Positions 37,380 through 46,850 are shown, numbered from the stretch's first letter. The stretch: 64,000 nt of DNA from Gemmatimonadota bacterium (GCA_039587445.1 JBDHIM010000019.1:1728-65727); one strand, 5' to 3'. Notes: generated by a model from the letters alone, not told the origin. A program made the numbers and translations.

Positions 37380-37660
37380 GGCGCCGGCGGGACTGACCGG
37401 CCGCTCGCGATCCGGGACCTCCTGATCGGCCGCCGCCTGGTCCACGGTGCCGGTCTCCTCCGCCCGTCCTTCCGTCCCTTCCTCCACCACCGGATCTCCC
37501 TCCGCACCCTCTTCAGCCCGAAGTGTGTCCTGACCGGTGGGAGCAGGCTCCGGCTCTTGCGCTCGCAGCGCCGGGGCCAGGCCCGGGGCCGCGGCGATGA
37601 CCGCGATGGTCGCGGCCGTCAGCAGCGCGACGAGGAACCGGTCACGCGCCGATTGGCAAA

Positions 37661-37758
37661 TGGCGGGAGCGTCTGGGAATCGAACCCAGCCAACGACCTT
37701 CACGGCCGTCGTGTCGGTTTTGAAGACCGCAGGAGACACCAGTCCTCCATCCGCTCCC
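37661..37758 (-). tRNA. selC: tRNA-Sec (anticodon UCA)
   Basis: 98 nt: GGGAGCGG...CTTCAAA anticodon loop (UCA). Long variable arm (ACGAC...GTCGT). T arm CTGGG-TTCGATT-CCCAG. Acceptor GGGAGCG/CGCTCCC, discriminator G, encoded CCA. selB lies in the same window. Confidence 0.85.
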
Positions 37759-37804
37759 GTGGACCCTGGTGCGCCGGGCGTTGCGTCGCCGGCGGCCCCA
37801 GAGC

Positions 37805-38179
37805 TCACCGTCGATTCGCCACCACGTCCACCTCGATCCTCGCATCCTTGGGAAGACGAGCCACCTCGACCGTGGACCGGGCGGGGTACGGCTCGTCGAG
37901 GTACTCCGCGTAGATCCCGTTCACGGTGACGAAGTCCTCCATGTCGGCCAGGAAGATCGTCGTCTTCACCACAGCGCCGAAATCCAGCCCGGCCGCCGCG
38001 AGCACGCCTTGCAGGTTCTGCATGACTCGGTGCGTCTGCGCCTCTATCCCCTCGACGAGCTCGCCGGTCTCGGGATCCAATCCGATCTGGCCGGAGGAGT
38101 ACACCATCCCCTCGGTTTCGATCGCCTGCGTGTAGGGGCCAATGGCCCCGGGAGCCTCGTCGGTGCGAACCGGTTTCAT
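37805..38179 (-). CDS. ridA: RidA family reactive-intermediate deaminase (YjgF/L-PSP)
   Basis: APGAIGPYTQAI...YSSGQIGLDP and the C-terminal ARSTVEVARLP motif; 124 aa. Confidence 0.92.
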   Translation of the reverse strand: MKPVRTDEAPGAIGPYTQAIETEGMVYSSGQIGLDPETGELVEGIEAQTHRVMQNLQGVLAAAGLDFGAVVKTTIFLADMEDFVTVNGIYAEYLDEPYPARSTVEVARLPKDARIEVDVVANRR

Positions 38180-38302
38180 ACCTGCGTCTTCCTTCCCTCG
38201 TCGGTGGGCGGCGGCGTTTGCGCTCGGCCAGAAACCTGAGAGCCGAGAGGCCGGTTGGCCAGCGGTTGCGCCGAGTTGTCGTCGGATCTAACCTGCGGCC
38301 GA

Positions 38303-39127
38303 ATGTCATCCGCCCGCGCCTCTCCCATCCGTTGGCTCAACGAAGCTCTCAAGGCCGCGGCGTACCGGGTCCAGAGCTACTTCGGCCTGCTCCGACGGGT
38401 CCTGGCATCTGCCGTGACTCGGCCCTTCTACTGGCGGGACCTTGCGCAGCAGATGGACACGATAGGTGTCGCCTCGCTCGGCATCGTCGCACTTACCGGG
38501 CTCTTCACGGGCATGGTGCTGGCGCTGCAATCATCCGTCGAGATGAAGCAGTTCGGGGCAACCATCTACATCGGCCGACTCGTCGGAGCGAGCGCCGTTC
38601 GAGAGCTTGGGCCCGTCCTCACCGCTCTCATGGTCACCGGCCGGGCGGGCTCCGGGATGGCGGCGCAGCTCGGCTCGATGCGCATCACCGAGCAGATCGA
38701 CGCCCTGAGCACCCTGGGCGTCGATCCCGTGCGGAAGCTCGTGACGCCGCGGTTCCTGGCGGCGCTGATCATGCTCCCGATGCTGACTGTCATCATGGAC
38801 GTTATCGCCGTCGGCGGGGGGATGCTCATCGCGGTGGTGAAGCTCGATCTCACGGCCGAGCTGTACCTGCGCTCCGTCTACCAGTCGCTGGCGGACACGG
38901 GGTTCATTCTCCGCTACATCCCGATCGACGTTTTCGGTGGACTCGTGAAGCCTCTCGTCTTCGGCGGGATCATGGCGCTGACTTCATGCTACTACGGTAT
39001 GAACACGCGTGGAGGCACGGAGGGCGTCGGCCGCGCGACCACCCAGGCGGTGGTCAGCTCGTCGATCTTGATCCTGGCCTCGGACTATTTTCTCACCCAG
39101 CTGTTGATCGCTCTACTGATCGAGTGA
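38303..39127 (+). CDS. mlaE: phospholipid/ABC transporter permease MlaE
   Basis: YrbE/MlaE pattern (GVASLGIVALTGLFTGMVLALQS ... ELGPVLTALMVTGRAGS). Confidence 0.88.
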   Translation: MSSARASPIRWLNEALKAAAYRVQSYFGLLRRVLASAVTRPFYWRDLAQQMDTIGVASLGIVALTGLFTGMVLALQSSVEMKQFGATIYIGRLVGASAVRELGPVLTALMVTGRAGSGMAAQLGSMRITEQIDALSTLGVDPVRKLVTPRFLAALIMLPMLTVIMDVIAVGGGMLIAVVKLDLTAELYLRSVYQSLADTGFILRYIPIDVFGGLVKPLVFGGIMALTSCYYGMNTRGGTEGVGRATTQAVVSSSILILASDYFLTQLLIALLIE

Positions 39128-39153
39128 CGCGAGTGACGCCGAGATCGGAGCGA

Positions 39154-39915
39154 ATGTCCCAAGCGATGTCGAGCCGAGACTCGACCGGACCGGTCGTGGT
39201 ACTTCGCGACGTGCGACTCACCTACGCGGGCCACGTCGTGCTGGACGAGATCGGATTCTCGGTACGCCGGGGCGAGACGATGTGCGTCCTGGGCGGAAGC
39301 GGCGTCGGCAAGAGCACGATCCTCAAGCTCATTCTCCATCTCGAGGAGCCGGACTCGGGCCACGTGGAGGTCCTGGGGCACGACATCGAGACGTCCGGAC
39401 GCGCCGAGATCTTCGAGGCCCGGCAGCGTATGGGAATGGTCTTTCAGGGCTCGGCGCTCTTCGATTCCCTGCCGATCTTCGACAACGTCGGCTTCCCGCT
39501 GTTCGAGCACACCGACCTTTCCCTGGAGGCGATCAGCCAACGCGTGCGAGAGGCGCTCTCTTTCGTCGACCTGGATCACCGGCGGGTGGAGAGCCTTCTC
39601 CCATCGGAGCTCTCCGGGGGAATGAAGAAGCGGGTGGCGATCGCCCGGGCGATCGTTCATCGCCCCGAGATCCTCCTGTTCGACGAGCCCACGAGCGGGC
39701 TGGACCCGATCACCACGCGCAAGATCGACAACCTGATCGTGAAGCTGAGACGCGAGCTCCACGTGAGCTCGATCGTCGTCACGCATGACACCCGCTCGGC
39801 TTGCCGGATCGCGAATCGCATCGCGCTGCTTCAGAGCGGGAGGATTATCTTCATCGGCACACCGGCCGAGATGCTCGCGTCCGATGACGCATACGTCCGT
39901 GAATACCTCGAATAG
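39154..39915 (+). CDS. mlaF: ABC transporter ATP-binding protein MlaF
   Basis: Walker A GGSGVGKST, signature LSGGMKKRV, Walker B ILLFDEPTSGLD. ATG 39154; the rest of the 565-aa track ORF is an alternate frame of mlaE. Confidence 0.9.
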   Translation: MSQAMSSRDSTGPVVVLRDVRLTYAGHVVLDEIGFSVRRGETMCVLGGSGVGKSTILKLILHLEEPDSGHVEVLGHDIETSGRAEIFEARQRMGMVFQGSALFDSLPIFDNVGFPLFEHTDLSLEAISQRVREALSFVDLDHRRVESLLPSELSGGMKKRVAIARAIVHRPEILLFDEPTSGLDPITTRKIDNLIVKLRRELHVSSIVVTHDTRSACRIANRIALLQSGRIIFIGTPAEMLASDDAYVREYLE

Positions 39916-39945
39916 GCCGGCAGCGCCGGGCCGACGGGAGCTTGG

Positions 39946-40926
39946 ATGAGGCGATCCAGAGCGATCACCTGGGAGGAGGTGAAGGTGGGCGTGATGCTGA
40001 TCATCTCGCTCGTTCTTCTCGCGACCGGCATCTTCTTCATCGGCGACATGGGGAGCGTTTTCGGAGATCGGTACGAGCTGGTGACGCTGATGCGCTCGGC
40101 CCAGGGCCTCGCTCCTGGAGCTTCCGTTCAGCTGGCGGGACAGCCGGTGGGCCAGGTGGCCCGGATCGGTTTCATCGGACCTGAGGACCGCCCTCCGACC
40201 GGCGAAGGGCTCGCGGTGTGGCTGGCGATCAACCGACAGGTACGGAGCCAGATCCGTTCGGACTCCCGCGCGCGCATTAGGACGCTGGGCCTGCTCGGCG
40301 ACCGGATCATCGACATCGAGCCGGGAAGCCCCGGGGCCCGCACCCTTGAGCCCGGCGATACGCTGGTGGCAGCCGAGGTGTTCGACTACGCCGAGCTCCT
40401 TGACGAGGCGTCGACCGCCGTCGTCAGTCTCACCGACCTGGTCCGGTCGCTGGACGCTCTCACGCGAGACCTGCTGGCCGGCGAGGGAACCGTTGGGCAG
40501 CTGCTGGTCAACCGGGATCTGTACGATCACCTGGTGGGCATGAGCGGAGACCTTTCACGCCTGCTGGCCTCCGTGAATTCGGGCGAAGGGGCGCTCGGAC
40601 GCCTGGTGAAGGATGACGAGCTCTACGATCGCCTGGTGGGTGCCATGGAGTCGTTGGACAGCGTCACCGCGAAGCTGGCCCGCGGCGAGGGTTCTCTCGG
40701 GCGGCTCCTTGACTCGGACTCCCTGTACGAGTCGCTGGCCGGCGCCGCCAGCAGCACCGATTCGCTACTGGCCGACTTGCGCTCCGGCGAGGGGTCCATC
40801 GGCCAACTCATCGTCGACGAGGCCCTCTACGAGGAGCTCCTCAGGATGATCGTGGAGCTGAACAGCATCCTCGCCGATCTGAGGGCCAACCCCGACAAGT
40901 ACATCCCTCCCATCAAGGTCTTCTAG
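39946..40926 (+). CDS. mlaD: MlaD/MCE-domain protein with extended coiled C-terminal region
   Basis: N-terminal TM plus MCE domain (LAPGASVQLAGQPVGQVARIGF). C-terminal repeats of G-x-G-x-L-G-x-L-L. Confidence 0.85.
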   Translation: MRRSRAITWEEVKVGVMLIISLVLLATGIFFIGDMGSVFGDRYELVTLMRSAQGLAPGASVQLAGQPVGQVARIGFIGPEDRPPTGEGLAVWLAINRQVRSQIRSDSRARIRTLGLLGDRIIDIEPGSPGARTLEPGDTLVAAEVFDYAELLDEASTAVVSLTDLVRSLDALTRDLLAGEGTVGQLLVNRDLYDHLVGMSGDLSRLLASVNSGEGALGRLVKDDELYDRLVGAMESLDSVTAKLARGEGSLGRLLDSDSLYESLAGAASSTDSLLADLRSGEGSIGQLIVDEALYEELLRMIVELNSILADLRANPDKYIPPIKVF

Positions 40927-41376
40927 CGCCGCGGAGCTTCGAAGACCGTGCCGGATCTCTCCGCCCTCTCGGCCGGCGGCTGCCGAGAGACCGGCGGCCA
41001 GCAAGCCGAGCAGCGCCATCCCTCCCGTCACGCGTCGGTCTTTTCGGCCACGCAGCCAAGCGACGGCGACCGCTCCCGCCGCCACCAGAGTCAGGGTCGC
41101 GGCCAAGCCGTAGGCAGCGTGAGCGTCGACCACGGCGCGAAGGGCGTTCGCCGACGAGAGGCCACCTCCGATCTCGACGCCGAGCGCCGATGCGGCAGCT
41201 CTGCCCGACAGATACGCGACGGGCGACGCCGCGGCAGCCAGCAGGAGGGAGACCGCGCCGAAGTGGACGACTCCGGATCGCCGAAGCAGGAGCCCGGCGA
41301 GAGCGGCGACGGCCCCGGCGATGGAAAGGACGACAGGAATGTGGTGGACCGAGAGATGGAGCAGCGCCCAGTCCAT
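40765..41376 (-). CDS. DUF2231-like multi-TM membrane protein
   Basis: HHIPVVLSIAG N-terminal motif; 4-5 TM. The last 50 aa or so overlap the mlaD 3' end on the opposite strand. Confidence 0.45.
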   Translation of the reverse strand: MDWALLHLSVHHIPVVLSIAGAVAALAGLLLRRSGVVHFGAVSLLLAAAASPVAYLSGRAAASALGVEIGGGLSSANALRAVVDAHAAYGLAATLTLVAAGAVAVAWLRGRKDRRVTGGMALLGLLAAGLSAAAGREGGEIRHGLRSSAALEDLDGRDVLVGVGPQIGEDAVQLHDHPEELLVEGLVDDELADGPLAGAQVGQ

Positions 41377-41378
41377 GC

Positions 41379-41864
41379 TCAGCCGTCGTCCAGGCCCGCC
41401 ATCTCGTGGATGCTGGAAAACTCGAGGATCTCGTAGCGGACCGTCGCACTCGGCAGGACGACGCTCACCTCGTCGCCCGGCCGGCGTCCGAGGAGTGCCT
41501 TGCCGAACGGCGAAGCCATGGAGATCTCGGCCTTCTCAAAGTCGATATGCTCGCCGAAGGCCAGGGTAAAGACCTCGGTCGAGCCATCCTCGACGTCTCT
41601 GAGCGTCACGCGTGATCCAAAGCCGATCCGGTCGTGCGGAATCGTCTCCATGTCGATGTCCTGGAGTTCGCCCAAACGCCGGCGAATATAGTCCAGCCGC
41701 GCGTGCACGAAGCCCTGTCGCTCCAGGGCCGCGTGCCATTCCGAGTTCTCGCGTAGATCGCCGAGCTCCAGGGCATGCTGGATCGCCTTGGGAAGAACCA
41801 CCTCGAGCTCGTGCAGGAGACGCTCCGTCTCCTCGCTCAGCTGCTGTCGAATCTCGTCGAGCAT
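41379..41864 (-). CDS. greA: transcription elongation factor GreA
   Basis: GDLRENSEWHAA coiled-coil motif and the C-terminal FKBP-like domain (SMASPFGKALLGRRPGDEV). Confidence 0.92.
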   Translation of the reverse strand: MLDEIRQQLSEETERLLHELEVVLPKAIQHALELGDLRENSEWHAALERQGFVHARLDYIRRRLGELQDIDMETIPHDRIGFGSRVTLRDVEDGSTEVFTLAFGEHIDFEKAEISMASPFGKALLGRRPGDEVSVVLPSATVRYEILEFSSIHEMAGLDDG

Positions 41865-41907
41865 CGTTGCCGTCCCTCATCCGCGGCGGTCATGTCGAGT
41901 CGCATGC

Positions 41908-41965
41908 GGTCCCACAAAAAAAGGCCGGGCGCCGAGCCTCCGAAGGAAGCCGGCGCCTCGGTCTG
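41908..41965 (-). terminator. intrinsic terminator downstream of ssrA
   Basis: Imperfect GC-rich hairpin (core GCGCCG pairing) followed by T7 on the minus strand (A7 at 41916-41922 on plus). Confidence 0.5.
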
Positions 41966-41971
41966 CGGCGA

Positions 41972-42316
41972 TGGAGGCGGCGGGAATCGAACCCGCGTCC
42001 GCGAGGCCTTAGCCCGCAGCGTCTACGTGCGTAGTCTACGCTTCAGTTTCTCGCCTTCCTCCGGTTCGTAGACGACCTTCGGTCGGCCAGCCGCTAATGG
42101 GCTTTCGCCCTCTCGACGGAACCGCCCGCGGCCTGCGGACCCCGTCCAGCCCGATACAGCGTCGCCTGATGCCCCGCCTCGGGCCGGGCCGAGCGTCAGA
42201 CGGACCGCGCTAGTTACGCGGCCAGAGCCAAGTTATCGTTGGCAATTGTGTTTTTTTCCGAGACCTCGGCACGCTACCACGGTTTCGGGCGCACACGTCG
42301 AAACCTGATCGCCCCC
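41972..42316 (-). ncRNA. ssrA: tmRNA (SsrA), tag peptide ANDNLALAA
   Basis: 5' GGGGGCGATCAGGTTTCGACG and 3' GCGGGTTCGATTCCCGCCGCCTCCA form the tRNA-like domain with a G3:U pair. Tag reading frame GCC AAC GAT AAC TTG GCT CTG GCC GCG TAA at 42214-42243. Confidence 0.92.
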
Positions 42317-42366
42317 GCGACTACTTTCCTACCCTACCCCTTCCCCATTGGATCCTCACCGTCACC

Positions 42367-42768
42367 TCATTCGAGGCCTTCCCACGGTGCGATCGCACGC
42401 AGGTGCTGTACCGCCGATTCAACCGCCGTGCGCGCGTACACACCCGGAGAGCCGGCGAAGGAGAGGCACACCAGCCGTCCCCACTCGCTCACCGGCGCCA
42501 CCAGCGACCATTCCCCTTCCGGCGCGCCCTTGAAAAGCTCCTTAGAGAGCACTTGCAGCACGAGGTCCTCACGCGCCGCCCAGGTGAAGGGATGGCCTTC
42601 GGACGCCAGCGAAGAGCTCCTGGCAGGCCCGCCCGCCGACACCTGGTCCTCGATGACCCACTCGTCCGCGGCGCCATCCAGGTACCAGAGGACGGCGCGA
42701 CGCGCCCCCATCGCATGGAGCAGAACCTCGAGAAAAGTGCGGATCTGCCAATAGCTGAACCCGGCCAT
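42367..42768 (-). CDS. hypothetical protein, possibly GAF-like
   Basis: 133-aa ORF divergent from ptsN; weak GAF-like pattern only. Confidence 0.4.
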   Translation of the reverse strand: MAGFSYWQIRTFLEVLLHAMGARRAVLWYLDGAADEWVIEDQVSAGGPARSSSLASEGHPFTWAAREDLVLQVLSKELFKGAPEGEWSLVAPVSEWGRLVCLSFAGSPGVYARTAVESAVQHLRAIAPWEGLE

Positions 42769-42795
42769 TGCCGCTCGATTCTCCGTTTCACTGTT

Positions 42796-42825
42796 TTGAC
42801 AGGTTTTCGCGCGTAGGAATATACT
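42796..42825 (+). promoter_or_regulatory. sigma70-type promoter upstream of ptsN (TTGACA-N18-TATACT)
   Basis: TTGACA at 42796-42801 and TATACT at 42820-42825, in a locally AT-rich gap. GGAGGA SD before ATG 42867. Confidence 0.45.
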
Positions 42826-42866
42826 GCATGGGTGTGCAACATTGCCTCTTCCGGAGGATTCGATAG

Positions 42867-43319
42867 ATGCAACTCAGAGACTTCTTTTCCGTTGACGCGA
42901 TCGACCTGGACCTGAGCACGGAGACAAAGGACGAGACTCTGAAGAAGCTGGTGGGTCTCTTCCACCTGGATGAGAAATCCGAGGGCATCCTGTTCAAGAT
43001 GCTCAAGCGGCGCGAGAACCTGGGGTCCACAGGAATCGGCAGGGGGATCGCGATTCCACACTGCCGCTCCCTGGTTGTCAACCGCCTTCGCGTCGCCTTC
43101 GGGAGGCACGGGGCCGGCTTGGATTTCAAGGCGATCGACGAAAAGCCCGTCCACTACGTCTTCCTCATCGTCGCTCCACCGCTCGAGGTCTCCAACCAGT
43201 ATCTGCCCGTTCTCGGTAAGATCGCCCAGTTCAGCAAGGAAGCCGATGTGCCAGAGCGACTCGCGGCAGTCGAGAGCGCCGAAGGATTCCTGCAGCTGCT
43301 GGAGGAGAAAGGCGTGTAG
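42867..43319 (+). CDS. ptsN: PTS EIIA-Ntr type nitrogen regulatory protein
   Basis: PTS_EIIA_2 pattern with phospho-His context GIGRGIAIPHC. Confidence 0.88.
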   Translation: MQLRDFFSVDAIDLDLSTETKDETLKKLVGLFHLDEKSEGILFKMLKRRENLGSTGIGRGIAIPHCRSLVVNRLRVAFGRHGAGLDFKAIDEKPVHYVFLIVAPPLEVSNQYLPVLGKIAQFSKEADVPERLAAVESAEGFLQLLEEKGV

Positions 43320-43321
43320 AG

Positions 43322-43678
43322 ATGCACGAACAGCTCGAGACGCTTCTTGAGATGCAGGATCTTCACATGCAGCGTCGAGCACTCGAGGAGGGCGGGGTTC
43401 GTGATTTGGAGACGGGCTTGTTCGAGATGAGCGCCGAGCAGGCGATCGACGCGCTCGACGCCAAGATCACCGAACTGGAGCTGCGGCTGGGAAAGAGCGT
43501 CCAGGAGCGGTTTAGGAGCTTGGTCGGCACGCGTCAGCGCGCCGTCGTCCCTGTGCTGGCCGGAGTATGCTACGGTTGCTTCGTGGCGGTCCCGACCTCT
43601 TGGGCGGCTGATGCCGACCCGAATGACAAGCTGAACGTCTGTCAGAGCTGCGGACACTTCCAGTACTACCCTACCTGA
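43322..43678 (+). CDS. coiled-coil plus C4 zinc-ribbon protein (short DUF164/zf-RING_7-like)
   Basis: C-terminal CYGC ... CQSC ribbon after a heptad-like N-terminus. Starts 2 nt after the ptsN stop. Confidence 0.6.
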   Translation: MHEQLETLLEMQDLHMQRRALEEGGVRDLETGLFEMSAEQAIDALDAKITELELRLGKSVQERFRSLVGTRQRAVVPVLAGVCYGCFVAVPTSWAADADPNDKLNVCQSCGHFQYYPT

Positions 43679-43693
43679 GGTCGGCTTCGCCGC

Positions 43694-44137
43694 TCAGCGC
43701 ACGAGCATGATCTTTCGCACCTGGCTGCGATCCCCGACGCTAAGCTCCACGAAGTAGGGTCCCGCCGTAACCGTTCGGCCTTCCAGATCGCGTCCGTCCC
43801 AGTGCGCCTGGTAGGGGCCCGGACGACGGAAGGCCATCTCCTCGATCCTCTCGCCCGGGAGGCCATTCTCGTCAAGCGCCACGGGTACCGCTACCAGCTG
43901 GTGCAGGATGTTGAACACGCGAAGGGTTACGCGGACCTCCAGCTCGCCTTCGAACAAGCCGTCTCCGAGACGATAGAAGATGCGGGTCTCGCCGGCGAAC
44001 GGATTCGGGAAGACAGGCTCCAGAGAGAAGTCGTCCAGCTCCGCAGCCTGCGGCGTACCGCCCGAAGCCTGGGCGAGTGCGTCTCCCGGCCATGAGAGGC
44101 TCACGCCCGCAATCAGTATGATAAGGGCACTTTTCAC
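43694..44137 (-). CDS. secreted protein consisting essentially of a T9SS C-terminal sorting / FlgD-Ig-like domain
   Basis: Signal peptide; PVFPNPFAGETRIFYRL ... AGPYFVELSVGDRSQVRKIMLVR matches the T9SS CTD pattern; only 147 aa. Confidence 0.65.
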   Translation of the reverse strand: MKSALIILIAGVSLSWPGDALAQASGGTPQAAELDDFSLEPVFPNPFAGETRIFYRLGDGLFEGELEVRVTLRVFNILHQLVAVPVALDENGLPGERIEEMAFRRPGPYQAHWDGRDLEGRTVTAGPYFVELSVGDRSQVRKIMLVR

Positions 44138-44174
44138 AATGACTTGATAACCATCGCGTGAACTGTTTTCACGA

Positions 44175-46073
44175 TCACCCTCTCCACACTCGCCCCTCCT
44201 CGGTACGCCTCGTGACCCGAGTCCGGTCCAGGTGCTCGAGCAGTGGAATGAGGTACTTTCGGGTCACGCCGAACTGCCGCTTGAAGTCGGTGGGCGCCGC
44301 CACGAGACGGTCTTCGAACACCCGAGCCGCAGCATCCCGGAGGCGCGTCGCGCTTCGAGCGGACAGGTAGATGTCCGGGTTGACATTCTCTACCTCGCCG
44401 GCCCTCGTGAGCAACCGCAGCAGGTCGTGCAGGAGCTCGTCGGAGACCCCGAGCCGAGAGCCCAGCTCGCCCACCATCGGCGGCTCCAGTCCACCGCCGT
44501 CGATCTCCGCCAACAACCGGGCCCGCACCCGAGCTTCCGCCTCGGTGAGCCGCGCACCGTGCGTGCTCAGCCGAAGCTCGGGCCCGGTCGCGACGATCCG
44601 CCCCGTGCTCAGCATCCCCTCCAGAGCGTGCTCGACGAGCTCCGGGGCGAACGCGGCAGCCAGCTTGCTTCTCACCGCCTCCCTTGACACACCCGGGGCC
44701 CGCGGACGAGCCGCGTGGAACTCGCCCACGACTTCCAGCAGCGCCTGGCAGGCCGCCTCTGCCACGCCAGCCGAGAACCAGCGCCCTCCGGCTCGCACGA
44801 TCGACAGTTCCGCCGAGCCCGCGAGAGCTCGCAGCCTCCCGGGCGAGAGCCCGGTGGTTAGAGGCAGGTCATCGACCACCACTCCCCGGCCGGCCGAGAG
44901 GACGACCGCGGCTTCGAGTCGCGCCTCTTCCCCCTCCGAGAGGATGCGCTCCCACCCCCTTGTACGATCCAGCCAGCGAACCGGCGGATCCAGCTCGGCT
45001 ACCACACCACCCCCGATCGTGGTGATCGGCGAATAGAACCGGACGACGAACCGGTCGTGAGCCCGCGCGACGAGCTCCTCCTCCAACTCCAGGATCGCCC
45101 ACCCCTCGGCGCCGGGTTCCAGCGGCTCCCCGCCCCGGCCGGCGGCACGTGAGCGGACCCTGGCCAGCACCTCCCTCGTCCCCAGGTAAACGCGCACCCG
45201 TTGGCCGCTCTCGATGCGCCGAGGCGAGTGGGAGAGGACGGACAACCGCACGCCAAGACGTCGAGTCTCCCGCCAGCCTTTGCCCGAGACCACGACCGCA
45301 CCACGCGGCGCGTGGACGGGATCCAGCCCGACGAGGGAGACGGCACACCTTCTCCGCGGCCCTACTGACTCCCGGGCGGTCGAGTGCACCTGAAGCGATC
45401 GAATCCTGGCCGAGCGGCGTCCGGGCAAGACGGTCACCTCATCGCCCACGGTCACCGTCCCGCTCCAGACCGTCCCGGTCACGACGGTTCCAGCGCCCGC
45501 AACGCTGAAGGAGCGATCCACCGGTAGCCGCAGAAGGTCCCCTCGTTCCGAGGTCCCGAGGGCGACCGCGCGCTCCGTCAACGCGGCTCGTAGCTCCTCG
45601 AGACCCTCGCCGGTCACCGACGAGATGGCCAACATCGGCCACTCCGCGTGCCCGAGGACTCTCTCCAGCTCTTCGCCAACCGCGTCGCGGCAAAGGTCCA
45701 GCCAGCTCTCGTCGACCCGATCCCGTTTGGTGAGCGCGACCACGCCATCGGCGATGCCCAGAATCCGCGCGATCGCCAGATGCTCGCGCGTTTGAGGCAT
45801 CGGGCCCTCGTCCGCCGCCACGACCAGAAGCAGCAGATCGATACCCGTGGCGCCGGCCAGCATGTTCTTCACGAAGTCTTCGTGGCCAGGCACGTCGACG
45901 ATGCTGACCTCTAGTCCATCGCCGAGAGAAAGGGGCGCGAAGCCGAGGTCGATCGTAAGGCCCCGCTCCCGCTCTTCCTTCCATCGGTCTGTCTCGATGC
46001 CAGTGAGCGCCCGCACCAACGCGGTCTTTCCATGGTCGACATGGCCGGCGGTACCGACGACGAGCGCCCTCAA
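44175..46073 (-). CDS. selB: selenocysteine-specific translation elongation factor
   Basis: GTPase G1 [17 protein letters not shown], winged-helix C-terminal extension; about 632 aa. TTG 46073 overlaps the recO stop (TTGA). Confidence 0.88.
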   Translation of the reverse strand: MRALVVGTAGHVDHGKTALVRALTGIETDRWKEERERGLTIDLGFAPLSLGDGLEVSIVDVPGHEDFVKNMLAGATGIDLLLLVVAADEGPMPQTREHLAIARILGIADGVVALTKRDRVDESWLDLCRDAVGEELERVLGHAEWPMLAISSVTGEGLEELRAALTERAVALGTSERGDLLRLPVDRSFSVAGAGTVVTGTVWSGTVTVGDEVTVLPGRRSARIRSLQVHSTARESVGPRRRCAVSLVGLDPVHAPRGAVVVSGKGWRETRRLGVRLSVLSHSPRRIESGQRVRVYLGTREVLARVRSRAAGRGGEPLEPGAEGWAILELEEELVARAHDRFVVRFYSPITTIGGGVVAELDPPVRWLDRTRGWERILSEGEEARLEAAVVLSAGRGVVVDDLPLTTGLSPGRLRALAGSAELSIVRAGGRWFSAGVAEAACQALLEVVGEFHAARPRAPGVSREAVRSKLAAAFAPELVEHALEGMLSTGRIVATGPELRLSTHGARLTEAEARVRARLLAEIDGGGLEPPMVGELGSRLGVSDELLHDLLRLLTRAGEVENVNPDIYLSARSATRLRDAAARVFEDRLVAAPTDFKRQFGVTRKYLIPLLEHLDRTRVTRRTEEGRVWRG

Positions 46074-46804
46074 CGGATGCCCCGCGCCAGGAAGTCGAGG
46101 GACCGTATGCGCACGCCCTCGGCGAGATGGTAGCGGATGAAGTCTATGAGGATGCGGCGCTGGACACCGTTGACGGACGGAGGGAGGTCGCCGGCCGCCA
46201 CGAGCATCCGCAGCGTCTCCAGCTCGGCGCTCGAGATCGCCTCTCCGTAGCCCGCGCATCGATCGCAGACTAGACCTCCCGAGGATGAATCGAAGCGGGC
46301 CGACTCTCCCGCTGAAATGCGGCGTCCGCAAGAGATGCAGTGGGAGAGGTGGGGCGCGAACCCGAGAACCGAAACGAGAAGCCAGAGGCGGCCGAGAACG
46401 GTGCCCGCCACCGTCTCTTCGGAGGCACCCAGAAGCGCATCTAGACCCTCGACAAGGGTCTCGAAGAGGCGATCGTCCCGATGCTCGGGAGCCAGCCGCA
46501 TCACCAGCTCGCAGAGCACGGAGGCGCCGGCGAAGCGGGTGAGATCCGAGCCCAGCGCCTGCCGTTCCCGGTAGAGCTCGAAGGCCGACAGCGTGTCCAG
46601 ATCCCGGTTCTCACGCATGTACAGCGTTGCCTGGCCCTCGGCGAACGGCTCGATGAGGCCGCCGAAGCGGCTGCGGGGACGGAGCGCACCGCGTGCCATC
46701 GCCGAGCGCGGTCCGTGCTCCCGGGTCATCAGGCGCAGGATCTTGCTCGTATCGCTGTATCTGTAGGTCTGAAGAACCACGCAGCGCGTGGTGACGATCG
46801 GCAC
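46070..46804 (-). CDS. recO: DNA repair protein RecO
   Basis: OB-fold N-terminus ([18 protein letters not shown]) and Zn-finger CISCG...CDRC. GTG 46804 is preceded by GGAGGG. Confidence 0.88.
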   Translation of the reverse strand: MPIVTTRCVVLQTYRYSDTSKILRLMTREHGPRSAMARGALRPRSRFGGLIEPFAEGQATLYMRENRDLDTLSAFELYRERQALGSDLTRFAGASVLCELVMRLAPEHRDDRLFETLVEGLDALLGASEETVAGTVLGRLWLLVSVLGFAPHLSHCISCGRRISAGESARFDSSSGGLVCDRCAGYGEAISSAELETLRMLVAAGDLPPSVNGVQRRILIDFIRYHLAEGVRIRSLDFLARGIR

Positions 46805-46850
46805 GGCTCCCTCCCGCGGAGGTCCAGTGGCTGTCCGCGGCATCCTACGA

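Noticed and set aside
37044-38309. 421-aa minus-strand ORF treated as a single gene.
   Set aside because: It runs straight through the tRNA-Sec gene (37661-37758) and through an alternate frame of ridA on the same strand (37805-38179). Only the C-terminal DUF5683-like part is credible.
38218-39915. 565-aa plus-strand ORF as one protein.
   Set aside because: The first 310 codons or so are an alternate frame of mlaE. Only the part from ATG 39154 has ABC ATPase motifs (MlaF).
41865-42366. Genomic island or integration site at tmRNA (and likewise at tRNA-Sec).
   Set aside because: tmRNA and tRNA genes are common integration targets. However, the flanks carry housekeeping genes (greA, ptsN, ridA, murI). 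There is no integrase, and I saw no direct repeat of the RNA 3' end and no compositional break.
42317-42366. Promoter for ssrA in the 50-nt gap upstream of the tmRNA 5' end.
   Set aside because: Only weak hexamer-like sequences (GTGACG ... TAGGGT) with poor spacing. Not supportable from sequence alone.
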